Source of the DNA: an uncultured Candidatus Poseidoniales archaeon
Lineage (GTDB): Archaea > Thermoplasmatota > Poseidoniia > Poseidoniales > Thalassarchaeaceae
Reading direction: 5' to 3'
Length of the DNA stretch: 36,775 bases
Assembly (NCBI GenBank): GCA_964645485.1
Contig: CAZXZO010000012.1
Location: 1-36,775 of the forward strand
Below, piece after piece: positions 27,914 to 36,775 of the stretch. Both the position numbers and the translations under genes were made by a program. Numbering within the stretch: the stretch's first letter is position 1; each line of letters opens with the position of its first letter. The notes below the pieces were generated by a model, which made no database searches, had not been told where the DNA came from, and saw nothing but the letters and a program-made list of their open reading frames with translations.

Positions 27914-29918
27914 TAGCGCGTGCATCCTCTTCTTCAGCAACACGAATTCCTTCCTCAAGGTCAACCCGACTAGTTAGATAAGTTCCCGCAAGAATGACTA
28001 CGGTAACCGTCAAAATTGCAACTCGACTACCGGCAGCAGTGCTAGCAATACCGTAGAGGAATGTTCCAATCATTGCTGCAGATTTTCCAAGGAAACCAAA
28101 GAAACCAAAGAATTCTGAGGTTCGGGTTTTGGGGGTGAGTTGTGAGAACATTGAACGCGCTTGCGCTCCGGCTGAACCCATTGCACATCCAACAAACAGT
28201 CCGAGGATTATCCATTGCATTGCAACACCTAGCCCTAATGGAGCCCAGACATAATTGCGCATTGTAGTGGCCCACCAATCAACAGGTCCACCTTGTTCTA
28301 TGACTGAAGGATGTGTATCACCTACCTCTGAAGATCCGGCAATACTCTCATTCCCACCAATGATGATGATTGAAAATCGGTGGTCATCTGTGTCATCAAA
28401 AGCCGCGACCAATGCAACCGCATCTTGTTCTGTTATTGTTTTGATGTCCTTCTCTGATACCTTGGCTTGATCAGCAAGGAAAGAAGCCCCAAAGATACCT
28501 ACTCCAACGAGTAAAAATGCTGCAATAACTCCCATCCACCCAATGTTTCTTTCTTGTAACCACATAATGCCGCCACCTAGTAAAACAACCATCACTAAAA
28601 TGAACAAACAAACCATCAGTCCAGCACCAAGAGTGCTTTCACCAGCATCTTTTACACTGTAATCTGGTGTTGGAAAGTGTTCTTGGAATGCGTTGCGGAA
28701 AGCATCATCTCCCTTTGATTTTTCACCAATCCAATTTTCATATCCTCTATCATACAGGGTGGTCAGTTCGTAAAGTTCGGTTTCTTCGTTCCACTCAAAT
28801 TGGAAATCGTAGCGCTTGGCGTCCTCTTCCCCTTCTAACTCTAGGGGAGCAAATCCCGCGGCTGTGACTGCTACACCACAGTAGATGAGTAGTGCGACCA
28901 TCAATGCAAATTTTGTACCCTTTACATTAGCTAGTTTACCAAAAACGAAAGTCATTGGAATAGCGACAATGTTGACAGTGAGAAGTAACATAATATTCAT
29001 ACTCTGGTCAATTCGTAATACGGATTCCCCGAAAGCACTCGCCATGCTAGCGATTGTGTTAACCCCATCATAGAATAACAGGTAAGCGATTAGGAACATT
29101 GCAAGAACCTTGAATTTCTTTATTTCTCTTGCAGTTTGCACAACTTGTCCATAAGCAATTTTGGCAGACCCTACAAATCTAGAAAAGTTGTTTTTACCCA
29201 AACTACCCCATTCCAAATCTGAGACGATTTCTGGTTCAGGAGTCCATTTGAACATCAATGCGCCAAAGCCCCACCACCACAATGAAGAGGTCACAAAGAT
29301 AACTGCAAGTTTGAAGTTGGTATCCCAATTGAAGGGACCCATAAGGATGGCAAGATGGAATATGAGTAGCATTGAACCACCCATGAATCCATACATGTAG
29401 CCCCAAGTTGAAACTTCATCTTGATTATCTCTAGAACTAAGATAGGGCATAAATGAGTAATAAATGACGTTTCCACCAGTAAATCCAATGGTTCCGATAG
29501 TGTACATCAACGCTAGAACGATGTATCCTTGAGAACCAAAATAGGGTGCTGCTCCCATTAATGCGGTGAAGCCAATTCCGGCAACCGTATACCATTTCAG
29601 CAACTTCTTTTTGATTGGCATTCGGTCAGCAATCACACCTAATGCAGGCGCGGTAAGAACAACAAATATCATCGAAAAAGTCAGTACAAAAGCGTAGAAA
29701 GAATCTCCCGATTGAGTCCCGGTAGCTAAGTTGTACAAACTGGCCATCAATGCTGGAGCAATGACAGTCATCACGGTTAGTGCATAGGCTTGATTTGCCC
29801 AGTCAAAGAAATACCATCCTTTCAGTGCCTTCTTATCATCTTCTTTCATATCAGCAAGATTCTGTTTTATGATTACAGTCTCAGGAACATTATCTGATGC
29901 AGATGCAGTATCACTCAT
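27891..29918 (-). CDS. MFS transporter (UMF1/Atg22-like) with a large internal insertion
   Basis: GWYFFDWANQAY, APALGVIADR, YSFMPYLS, LLFYDGVNTI, QARSMFSQLTP, EFFGFFGFLGK. GAGGT lies upstream of the ATG. Confidence 0.88.
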   Translation of the reverse strand: MSDTASASDNVPETVIIKQNLADMKEDDKKALKGWYFFDWANQAYALTVMTVIAPALMASLYNLATGTQSGDSFYAFVLTFSMIFVVLTAPALGVIADRMPIKKKLLKWYTVAGIGFTALMGAAPYFGSQGYIVLALMYTIGTIGFTGGNVIYYSFMPYLSSRDNQDEVSTWGYMYGFMGGSMLLIFHLAILMGPFNWDTNFKLAVIFVTSSLWWWGFGALMFKWTPEPEIVSDLEWGSLGKNNFSRFVGSAKIAYGQVVQTAREIKKFKVLAMFLIAYLLFYDGVNTIASMASAFGESVLRIDQSMNIMLLLTVNIVAIPMTFVFGKLANVKGTKFALMVALLIYCGVAVTAAGFAPLELEGEEDAKRYDFQFEWNEETELYELTTLYDRGYENWIGEKSKGDDAFRNAFQEHFPTPDYSVKDAGESTLGAGLMVCLFILVMVVLLGGGIMWLQERNIGWMGVIAAFLLVGVGIFGASFLADQAKVSEKDIKTITEQDAVALVAAFDDTDDHRFSIIIIGGNESIAGSSEVGDTHPSVIEQGGPVDWWATTMRNYVWAPLGLGVAMQWIILGLFVGCAMGSAGAQARSMFSQLTPKTRTSEFFGFFGFLGKSAAMIGTFLYGIASTAAGSRVAILTVTVVILAGTYLTSRVDLEEGIRVAEEEDARATGELPPE

Positions 29919-30048
29919 GCTACCTCACATGCGAGTCTCCCTCTTAGCATTACACCCTGCATTGATTCCCTTATCCTGAGTAATTTGACAATTTCCATAT
30001 CATAGGGCAGATTGATGAGGGGGTGGTGTGCCGGCAAGTTTGAGCGTA

Positions 30049-31185
30049 ATGGCAGAACAATCCTCACCTTGCTCCGCTGGCATCATGCCAAATTCAACCG
30101 AAGCGGTAAAAATTCACCATCTTGTTAAGGCTCCAGAAAATACACCTGGCTCAATTCGCAAGAGAGAATCTTGGGATGCTGACGAATTAGCGACTGTTTA
30201 CACAACTCCTGAATGTCTACCAGACGGAACAATATGCCAAGCGACTACAGTCATTTTCCGCACCCGTGGGTGCGTCTGGTGGTGGAATTCAGGTTGCACT
30301 TTTTGTGGTTACTTCAACGATGTAAGAGACGATGTTACCTATGATAATTTGATGGCACAGTGGCAGTCAGCCAAAGACCAAACTAATGATTTTGAAGGCT
30401 CGGAGGTAATCAAAGTCTACACCTCTGGAACATTTTTTGAGGACCGTGAAAACCCTCCTGAGTGGCAAGAGGCAATTCTTCGAGAGACTAGTGAAAGGGG
30501 TCTCCGTCTGATAGTTGAAGCGCGAGCCGAGATGTGTACACCTGAAAAAATGGAATGGGTAGCCAACTTGCATCCTGGTTGTGTTGTCGCAATTGGGCTA
30601 GAAGCGATGGATGACGAAGTGCTAAAATTCCACTGCAATAAAGGATTTTCAACAAAACAATGGCGCAAAGCAGTTGAGACCCTTCGGGCTAACGAATTAG
30701 AAGTCAAGACATATTTGCTATTCAAACCGCCATTCATGTCAGAAGGAGATTCATTGAAACATTGTATAGAATGGATACGAGAAGTAGGTCCACTTTCTGA
30801 TGAAGTCAGTGTCAACCCAATGAATATCCAACGTGGCACAATAGTTGAGAGACTTTTCCGCCACCGCGAATACCGTCCTCCATGGCTATGGTCTCTAGTT
30901 GAGATGATTCGCCAGGTTGATTCTGTTCCAGGGCGTTTGATAGTACATCCAACGGCAGCCGGCCGGGTCCGCGGTGCACATAATTGCGGCAAATGCGACA
31001 AGCATGTTGCTGCCGCAATCGAACGCTATTCGGTTTCAGGAGACTTGCAAGAGTTTGCTGGTCTAACCTGTGAATGTGAGAAAATTTGGGCTACTGAAAT
31101 TGAGTTAGATGGTACAATTCCATCTCCATTTGGAGTCGGGTTAGACCGTCGAATGTCTGCTGAAGATTCCTTGATGTCACCGTAA
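30049..31185 (+). CDS. raSEA: Archaeosine biosynthesis radical SAM protein RaSEA (TIGR01210-like)
   Basis: FRTRGC-x7-CTFCGY, KVYTSGTFF, AIGLE, KTYLLFKPPF, SVNPMNIQRGT, YRPPWLWS, GAHNCGKCD. Start at ATG 30049 or 30085. Confidence 0.88.
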   Translation: MAEQSSPCSAGIMPNSTEAVKIHHLVKAPENTPGSIRKRESWDADELATVYTTPECLPDGTICQATTVIFRTRGCVWWWNSGCTFCGYFNDVRDDVTYDNLMAQWQSAKDQTNDFEGSEVIKVYTSGTFFEDRENPPEWQEAILRETSERGLRLIVEARAEMCTPEKMEWVANLHPGCVVAIGLEAMDDEVLKFHCNKGFSTKQWRKAVETLRANELEVKTYLLFKPPFMSEGDSLKHCIEWIREVGPLSDEVSVNPMNIQRGTIVERLFRHREYRPPWLWSLVEMIRQVDSVPGRLIVHPTAAGRVRGAHNCGKCDKHVAAAIERYSVSGDLQEFAGLTCECEKIWATEIELDGTIPSPFGVGLDRRMSAEDSLMSP

Positions 31186-31235
31186 TTTCATCATCTTTTC
31201 TCTCCTAATGCTTAAGGACAACTTTCGTTTCGCAA

Positions 31236-31255
31236 AGATTGCCTAAAGGCAATCT
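31236..31255. promoter_or_regulatory. Perfect 8-bp inverted repeat AGATTGCC-taaa-GGCAATCT
   Basis: Read directly. It lies about 25 nt downstream of CTTAAGG (31211) and 11 nt before ATG 31267. Confidence 0.45.
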
Positions 31256-31266
31256 GTGGTGAAGTG

Positions 31267-31530
31267 ATGAGTGGACTACCCGAAATGACGCAGGGGCAAG
31301 AAGAGCCCGTTGCATCTACAGCAGTTTGGACATTGAGTTTAGTTGGTGCATTTGCCTTCATGATTTTGTATGGAGTACTTTACCCGAATCACCCATTCCC
31401 TGGATTAGGAGACATTCTACCTTTGTTCAGTGAATTAGGCAATAGCGTTGTTTGGTTCTTTATCGCAGGAATTATTCTAGGTTTGTCAATGTTACTTGCG
31501 ATGATGGTTGGAGAGTCTATTGCAGAATGA
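31267..31530 (+). CDS. Small two-TM membrane protein, hypothetical
   Basis: Two hydrophobic helices separated by YPNHPFPGLG. It sits 9 nt before the next gene, which has a GAGGTG ribosome-binding site. Confidence 0.7.
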   Translation: MSGLPEMTQGQEEPVASTAVWTLSLVGAFAFMILYGVLYPNHPFPGLGDILPLFSELGNSVVWFFIAGIILGLSMLLAMMVGESIAE

Positions 31531-31539
31531 GGTGATATC

Positions 31540-33363
31540 ATGGAAATTCGAACATTATTCATTTCATACATTATCTGGCTATTTTTTGTAAGATATCTGA
31601 CAATTACGGGTCTTGGACCATTTGGCTCATTTGCTAGAGATATCTCTGCCTTCATGCTTGGAAAAGGACTTGGCCCAGCCGCTGACTTGATGGAAGATCG
31701 AGCAGGTGGGGCAGCGAAAACCTGGTTCGCTCATGGAATCTTTTGGTTCATCATAGCCGCAACCTTGTCATTCTTGGGGATGTGGACAGCATACGAACCA
31801 AATGCTCTACACTCGCTTGGAGCAATAGGATATTCTCCTAGCGTTGCTCAGACTACTGCTGCTGTTCATGTTGTAACTGCATTCGGCGCATTATCAATGA
31901 TGTTGATGGCTGCAGGGTTTGCTATGCAAGGCCGCCTTACAGGTGGACGAATGGCGAATGAAGCGACAACTGCATTGATTGCTTTTGCATGGAGCGCAGT
32001 TGTTGCAGTAGGTCTAATTCTTTCACATACCGATTTGATAGGTACAAGCAGTTGGTTTGAATTGCCACCAGTTTACTACATTTTACTAACATTCTTGGCT
32101 TTACCGCTATTCGTGAATCATCTGTTAACGATGGCTAACTCAGGCTCACCAGCAATGATTCCACAGTGGTTTATCGTAATGGGTTACGCTGCTTTCATTT
32201 GGTTAGGTGTTGTTTCTATGTTCTTGCTTGCTGGAGAAAATCACACACTTTCGTGGTTATTGGTCAAGGTTCTGTTTGGTGGTTGGTTACTCTCACAAGC
32301 ACTGGGTATTGCTCATCATGTGATTCCATCTGCTCTAGGGGTTCCACTTTGGAGTCGCTCCCTTGCAACTCTTACTTTGTTTGGTACATTCCTAACATTC
32401 TCCCCACTTGGGGCGGTTGCTTCAGTCCCTTCAATGGGGGCTTTCATGCAAGCAATGGTAGCGATTCTACTGTCGCTTTCATTAGTGCCACTAATCGCTA
32501 CAGTAGTCAACTTGACCAAGACTGCAAGCGGCAGAGTAATGGAATCTTATGGCGTTAAATTCACAATACTCGGAGTCATCATTTTGATTCCAATTTCATT
32601 TGGTAGTTTGTTTGCATCTGTTTCAGCATTTGGTGGAGGCAACGAATTAGCTCATATTGCTTCAACGCTAGATATGCTTGCACTATGGGGTGTTATTGGC
32701 ATGATTGCATTAGGAAGTGCACACTTGTTATTCCCACAAGTAACCGGCCGTGATTTATTCAGTTGTGCCAAGAAAAAGATGACCTTCTGGCTTGCAACAG
32801 TTGGAGTTATTGGATATGGTACTTCACAATTCATCGTTGACTATGTGGACAATTCAATCGGCGCTACTGATGTGTCTTTGGCATTAGAAGAGGCTGGTGT
32901 TAGCGCTGCTGGAGCGGGTGAGGTACAGGCTTTCGCAGCCATCATGTTCTACGGCGTTGCTCTAGCAGGAGTCTTTGCTGCTCAAAATATGTTACAAGGT
33001 TCATTCCGTGGCACTTTACTCTCAGACAATGCTCCAGCAGCAAATGTCACCACTGCACAGATGGCAATAGGTGGCACAACATCAATCCGCAACTTGCTTG
33101 CAGCAGGTGCAGGTGTTGACACTGTTCTTACAGTAGATGGAGGTTCAACCGAAGGTCGAATCTCATTAGCAGATATATCTCCAGCAGATGAAGTCGCTGA
33201 AGAAGAAGATGCACAGCCCGAAGAGGCAGATGAAGAACCAGTAGCTGAGATCCCCGCTAATCTCTCAAAGATGTTGAAGGGGGAATTGGTTGAATTGGCT
33301 AAGGCAGCAGGTGTTTCTACTTCAGGAACCAAGTCTGACTTGATTGAGCGCCTTAGTGCTTGA
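31540..33363 (+). CDS. Polytopic membrane protein resembling cbb3-type cytochrome c oxidase subunit I (CcoN) but lacking the His ligands; C-terminal HeH/SAP-like domain
   Basis: About 12-13 TM helices, collinear with recalled CcoN segments (e.g. HLLFPQVTGRDLFS...FWLATVGVIGY vs YHLVPKVFGREQMHS...FWLATIGTVLY). Tail LSKMLKGELVELAKAAGVSTSGTKSDLIERL. Confidence 0.65.
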   Translation: MEIRTLFISYIIWLFFVRYLTITGLGPFGSFARDISAFMLGKGLGPAADLMEDRAGGAAKTWFAHGIFWFIIAATLSFLGMWTAYEPNALHSLGAIGYSPSVAQTTAAVHVVTAFGALSMMLMAAGFAMQGRLTGGRMANEATTALIAFAWSAVVAVGLILSHTDLIGTSSWFELPPVYYILLTFLALPLFVNHLLTMANSGSPAMIPQWFIVMGYAAFIWLGVVSMFLLAGENHTLSWLLVKVLFGGWLLSQALGIAHHVIPSALGVPLWSRSLATLTLFGTFLTFSPLGAVASVPSMGAFMQAMVAILLSLSLVPLIATVVNLTKTASGRVMESYGVKFTILGVIILIPISFGSLFASVSAFGGGNELAHIASTLDMLALWGVIGMIALGSAHLLFPQVTGRDLFSCAKKKMTFWLATVGVIGYGTSQFIVDYVDNSIGATDVSLALEEAGVSAAGAGEVQAFAAIMFYGVALAGVFAAQNMLQGSFRGTLLSDNAPAANVTTAQMAIGGTTSIRNLLAAGAGVDTVLTVDGGSTEGRISLADISPADEVAEEEDAQPEEADEEPVAEIPANLSKMLKGELVELAKAAGVSTSGTKSDLIERLSA

Positions 33364-33424
33364 TTCAAGGATTGGGAAACCGCCATTAGCGAATACCCCT
33401 ACTCCGTCAATAAGAGGAATTGAG

Positions 33425-34699
33425 ATGCGTATTGGCTTAGTCGGCAAACCAAACGTGGGCAAATCAACTACTTTTGCAGCGTTAACAGAGACTACGGTTG
33501 AAATCGCAAATTATCCATTCACAACAATTGAAGCAAATGTTGGTGTGACTTACACCGCAGCAACATCACCTTGCGCTTGCAAAGAACTGTCAACCAAGAT
33601 AGCAGAAAGTGGTAGGCCTGTTGAATCCGATGAGGCGAGAGATGGCAGTATCTGCCAGCCAAGAACCGGTGCTTGTAATGGCCACACAAGATTAGTGCCC
33701 GTTACTCTAGTGGATGTAGCAGGGCTAGTTCCAGGCGCACACGAAGGGCGTGGTAGGGGCAACCAATTTCTTTCCGATTTGGCTAGTTGTGATGCTTTGA
33801 TCCAAGTTATTGATGCCTCTGGAGGCACCGATATTGAAGGGAATCCAACGGGTCCTGGCGGTTGCTCACCGAGTGAAGAGCATGATTTTTTGATTGAAGA
33901 ATTAGCGGCGTGGATTGATGGTATTATCTCCAACGGTTGGGCTAAGGCGGTTCGTCGCATTCAATCTGAGGGTGAAGCGGGGTTGACAAATTTCCTCACA
34001 GACCAATTAACTGGAATTGGTGCAACTCATGGTGATGTAGCAATCGCTTTGGACATTTTCAAGCGAGAAAATCCGGATATTCCAACAATTAATGTGTGGG
34101 GTGATGAGGAAAGGAGGGTCCTATCAGGTATACTTCGTAGTCAACTTTTCCCACTCTATATTGCAGCAAATAAATCAGATTTAGCAGATGAAGAGACTTA
34201 TTCAAATCTGCAATCACAAGTAAAATCCACTGGGGGATTATTCCAACTTTGTAGTGCTGACACAGAACTTGCTCTGAGGAGGGCTAGTAAGGCTGGTGCT
34301 ATTTTCTATGAGTCAGGCGAATCAAGTTTTGAAGTAAATCCTGATGCGAGTCTGAATGATGCTCAGAAAAGAGGGTTATTGGAATTGAAGGACAGAATAT
34401 CCAAAATGGGGGGAACAGGTTTGAACGAACTACTTCGAAAGGTGGTGTTCGAGAGATTAGAGCAAATAGTTGCTTATCCAGTCCAAGATGAGTCACATTG
34501 GGTTGATGGGGAGGGAAGGATACTTCCAGATGCCTTGTTAATTTCTTCAGGCACTACTGCTAGAGGTTTGGCATACGCAGTACACACCGATTTGGGTGAC
34601 GGCTTCATTCGCGCAACAGATGCACGAAGCGGTAGAATCATTGGCTCCGACCATGAACTTTCTGACAACGATGTCGTCAAAATCCATGCAAAAACCTGA
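33425..34699 (+). CDS. ychF: Obg-family YchF/Ygr210-like P-loop NTPase with C-terminal TGS domain
   Basis: GLVGKPNVGKST, ANYPFTTIEAN, DVAGLVPGAHEGRGRGNQFL, ANKSD, LAYAVHTDLGDGF. ATG 33425 follows GAGG; the ORF-track start at 33344 overlaps the upstream gene. Confidence 0.9.
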   Translation: MRIGLVGKPNVGKSTTFAALTETTVEIANYPFTTIEANVGVTYTAATSPCACKELSTKIAESGRPVESDEARDGSICQPRTGACNGHTRLVPVTLVDVAGLVPGAHEGRGRGNQFLSDLASCDALIQVIDASGGTDIEGNPTGPGGCSPSEEHDFLIEELAAWIDGIISNGWAKAVRRIQSEGEAGLTNFLTDQLTGIGATHGDVAIALDIFKRENPDIPTINVWGDEERRVLSGILRSQLFPLYIAANKSDLADEETYSNLQSQVKSTGGLFQLCSADTELALRRASKAGAIFYESGESSFEVNPDASLNDAQKRGLLELKDRISKMGGTGLNELLRKVVFERLEQIVAYPVQDESHWVDGEGRILPDALLISSGTTARGLAYAVHTDLGDGFIRATDARSGRIIGSDHELSDNDVVKIHAKT

Positions 34700-34759
34700 C
34701 GTCAATTACGCATGTATCTCCGACAAGTGATTGAAATCTAATTCAATTCAGGTTGGATG

Positions 34760-35815
34760 TTATTCTAGGTCACCAAAGTCAGGTGCTGCTGGCAGGTTAT
34801 CTGTAACTAGGGCAGGTGCCTCTTCCATCGCTGGTGGCGCCTCAGCTTCAGAGATTTCAGATTCAATAACTTCACTTAAATCGGCATCTGATTCTAATAA
34901 ATCATCAGCATCAATAGTCTTCAATGATGAAAGGAATGCTTCATTATCTTCTATTGTGAATGCCTTAATTCCTTTGCCAACACCGCCTAATCTTCCATAA
35001 TCATATGGTAGAACTAAAGTAATGAGTGTGTGTTGTTCCATACCCAATTCGCCTACTGTCTGCAGGCGGCGCAATTCTAGAAGTTCTGGATTCTCTGCCA
35101 TGGTATTAGCGGCGTGAGCGAGATTCTTGACCGCTTCAACTTCTCCTTCAGCACGTCGTAGTCTTGCTTTTCTCTCTCTTTGCGCTTCTGCTTCACGAGC
35201 AATTGCTCTTTGCATATCGGTTGGAATAACTACATCTGTGATATCGATTCGAGTAATGTCTATTCCAAGTGGTAGTGAAAAGGTATCAAGAATATCCTCC
35301 ATTCGGCTAGCAATGGTTTCTCTCTTGGAAAGCAATTCGTCCAATGTATATTCACCGATTACGACTCGGAGAGTAGACATTGTTGCCTGACGAATTACTG
35401 TTGCAGGGTCTGAAACAGCCAATACAGAAGTCATAGGGTCAATTACTTTCCAGTACACGACTCCATCCACTTTGATGCTCACGTTGTCTCGAGTAATACA
35501 GACTTGACCAGGAATATTCTCCGGACGGTCACGTATATCTACCGCTAGGAACATATCGATTATCGGCCAACGGAATGCCAAACCGACTCCGTTCAATTTT
35601 ACCGGTTTTCCAAAGCGGAATTTGATTGCACGCTCGTATTGGTCAAGAACGGTAATCCATCCTCTTCTTGGCCAAGTTCCTCTAGGTGGATAAGCAGTTG
35701 GCTCACCACCTGCCGCGGTAAACATTCCTCCTGCTGCTTTTAGTGCAAGAATAAGTGCTGCAGCACCTATGCCTATTATGATGCCACAGAATAGTTCAAA
35801 CACTACTGCCATCAC
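34760..35815 (-). CDS. SPFH/band 7 (stomatin-like) protein with acidic C-terminal tail
   Basis: N-terminal TM, VLDQYERAIKFRFGK, GQVCITRDNVSIKVDGVVYWKVIDP, GIDITRIDITDV, RAIAREAEAQRE. Confidence 0.9.
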   Translation of the reverse strand: MMAVVFELFCGIIIGIGAAALILALKAAGGMFTAAGGEPTAYPPRGTWPRRGWITVLDQYERAIKFRFGKPVKLNGVGLAFRWPIIDMFLAVDIRDRPENIPGQVCITRDNVSIKVDGVVYWKVIDPMTSVLAVSDPATVIRQATMSTLRVVIGEYTLDELLSKRETIASRMEDILDTFSLPLGIDITRIDITDVVIPTDMQRAIAREAEAQRERKARLRRAEGEVEAVKNLAHAANTMAENPELLELRRLQTVGELGMEQHTLITLVLPYDYGRLGGVGKGIKAFTIEDNEAFLSSLKTIDADDLLESDADLSEVIESEISEAEAPPAMEEAPALVTDNLPAAPDFGDLE

Positions 35816-36591
35816 TTGCCACCTCCTGAAAGAAGTTCACCAAGAGGTCCATTACTGATGTCTAGAAGGGTATCAGGTAACATCATAATTCGTGTAGCAT
35901 TGTTTTCTGCTCCAACTTCTGAAAGAACTTGTAATCGGCGCAATTCCATTAGTGCTGGGAATCGAGCAAACAACTCCTGTGCCTCTGCCAACTTGCTTGC
36001 AGACTCACGCTCAGCACTTGCTTTGATGACTCTTGAGCGTGCCTCTCTATCAGCCTCAGCCTCCTTTGCCATGGCTCTAGTCAAATCGTGTGGTAGTTGC
36101 ATATCAGTAAGTTCCACATGTCTTACATCAATTCCCCAAGGGTCGGTAGCATCATCTAAATTGGTTCGGATTCTTTCAGCAACAGCTTCTCTTTCTTGAA
36201 GAACTTCATCCAAAGGAACTGAACCAAAAACATCACGGAGAGCACCCATTGCAGCCATTCCGATTGAGGCACGAGCATTGGTTACCTTGTTTACAGCATC
36301 ACCAGGGTCTCTGACTCGGTAGAAAATTACAGCATCTATTGTCAGAGAAATATTGTCTTTAGTGACAACTGATTGTCCGGGGACATCGTTAATCAAGAGA
36401 CGTAAATCCCACCTCACCATTCGGTCTAGAAATGGAATAACAACCCTAATTCCAGGTGATAATACACCTTTGTAGGCTCCAAGTCGAAAAACTACAGCTC
36501 CTTCCCAATGTCTAATAATTCTCAAGAAACTCCCCAAGAAGAGTGCTAAAACAAAAGTTACCATTCCAATAACGAAGAACACGGCTACCAT
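35812..36591 (-). CDS. SPFH/band 7 (stomatin-like) protein
   Basis: WEGAVVFRLG, PGIRVVIPFLD, QSVVTKDNISLTIDAVIFYRVRDP, TDPWGIDV, RAMAKEAEADRE. ATG 36591 begins the TM helix and has a TAATAT element about 27 nt upstream; the ORF-track start at 36687 is unlikely. Confidence 0.9.
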   Translation of the reverse strand: MVAVFFVIGMVTFVLALFLGSFLRIIRHWEGAVVFRLGAYKGVLSPGIRVVIPFLDRMVRWDLRLLINDVPGQSVVTKDNISLTIDAVIFYRVRDPGDAVNKVTNARASIGMAAMGALRDVFGSVPLDEVLQEREAVAERIRTNLDDATDPWGIDVRHVELTDMQLPHDLTRAMAKEAEADREARSRVIKASAERESASKLAEAQELFARFPALMELRRLQVLSEVGAENNATRIMMLPDTLLDISNGPLGELLSGGGK

Positions 36592-36775
36592 GTTTACAGG
36601 CGGCAAGTAATGACATATTAGGTTTGGTCCGACATTATCATAGCAGTTTATTCTGCATTTTTCAAATATTGAATGATAACCATTCAATTACTTGTTGCAC
36701 AAACAATAGATTATCGCCTTGTTCAATGTAACCGTTAGCGGCGATATTGCTATCTCCAACTACAACTAAGCGACC

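Noticed and set aside
30417-31001. Long antisense and alternative-frame ORFs (e.g. 30417..31001, 6173..6808, 19481..19960, 1796..2239)
   Set aside because: They are shadows of well-supported genes and have no recognisable motifs.
30049-31185. RaSEA without neighbouring arcS or tgt genes
   Set aside because: Archaeosine genes are commonly unlinked.
33425-34699. YchF with NKxD G4 motif and a Cys-rich insert
   Set aside because: As far as I recall, both are normal for the archaeal/Ygr210 subfamily, so this is not novel.

Overview
Archaeal chromosomal DNA. An archaeosine radical SAM enzyme, a TFB-like factor, Pth2, an archaeal YchF/Ygr210-type GTPase and an acidic proteome with a membrane-anchored S15 peptidase point to Marine Group II Euryarchaeota (Poseidoniales); this taxon is an inference. 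The window is gene-dense and mostly on the + strand. In order it encodes: a 5'-truncated ECF S component, Pth2, a CocE/NonD hydrolase, an orphan Rieske oxygenase, a MacB/FtsX-type ABC unit with two different ATPases, threonine aldolase, a tandem pair of uncharacterised Zn-finger paralogues, a thioredoxin-like surface protein, a highly divergent TFB paralogue head-to-head with an AddAB/AdnAB-like helicase-nuclease operon, an M20 peptidase, a coiled-coil protein, an MFS transporter whose 3' end is tandemly triplicated (43 bp), RaSEA, a small membrane protein, a CcoN-like (cbb3 oxidase subunit I-like) protein that appears to have lost all metal-ligand histidines and gained a HeH/SAP-like tail, YchF, and two SPFH proteins. 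I found no tRNA, rRNA, CRISPR array or transposase. The best leads are the ligand-less oxidase-fold protein, the Zn-finger paralogue pair, and the TFB-like/AddAB divergent locus, in which both nuclease domains carry four-Cys Fe-S motifs. All homology calls come from motif recognition and recalled sequences, not database searches.
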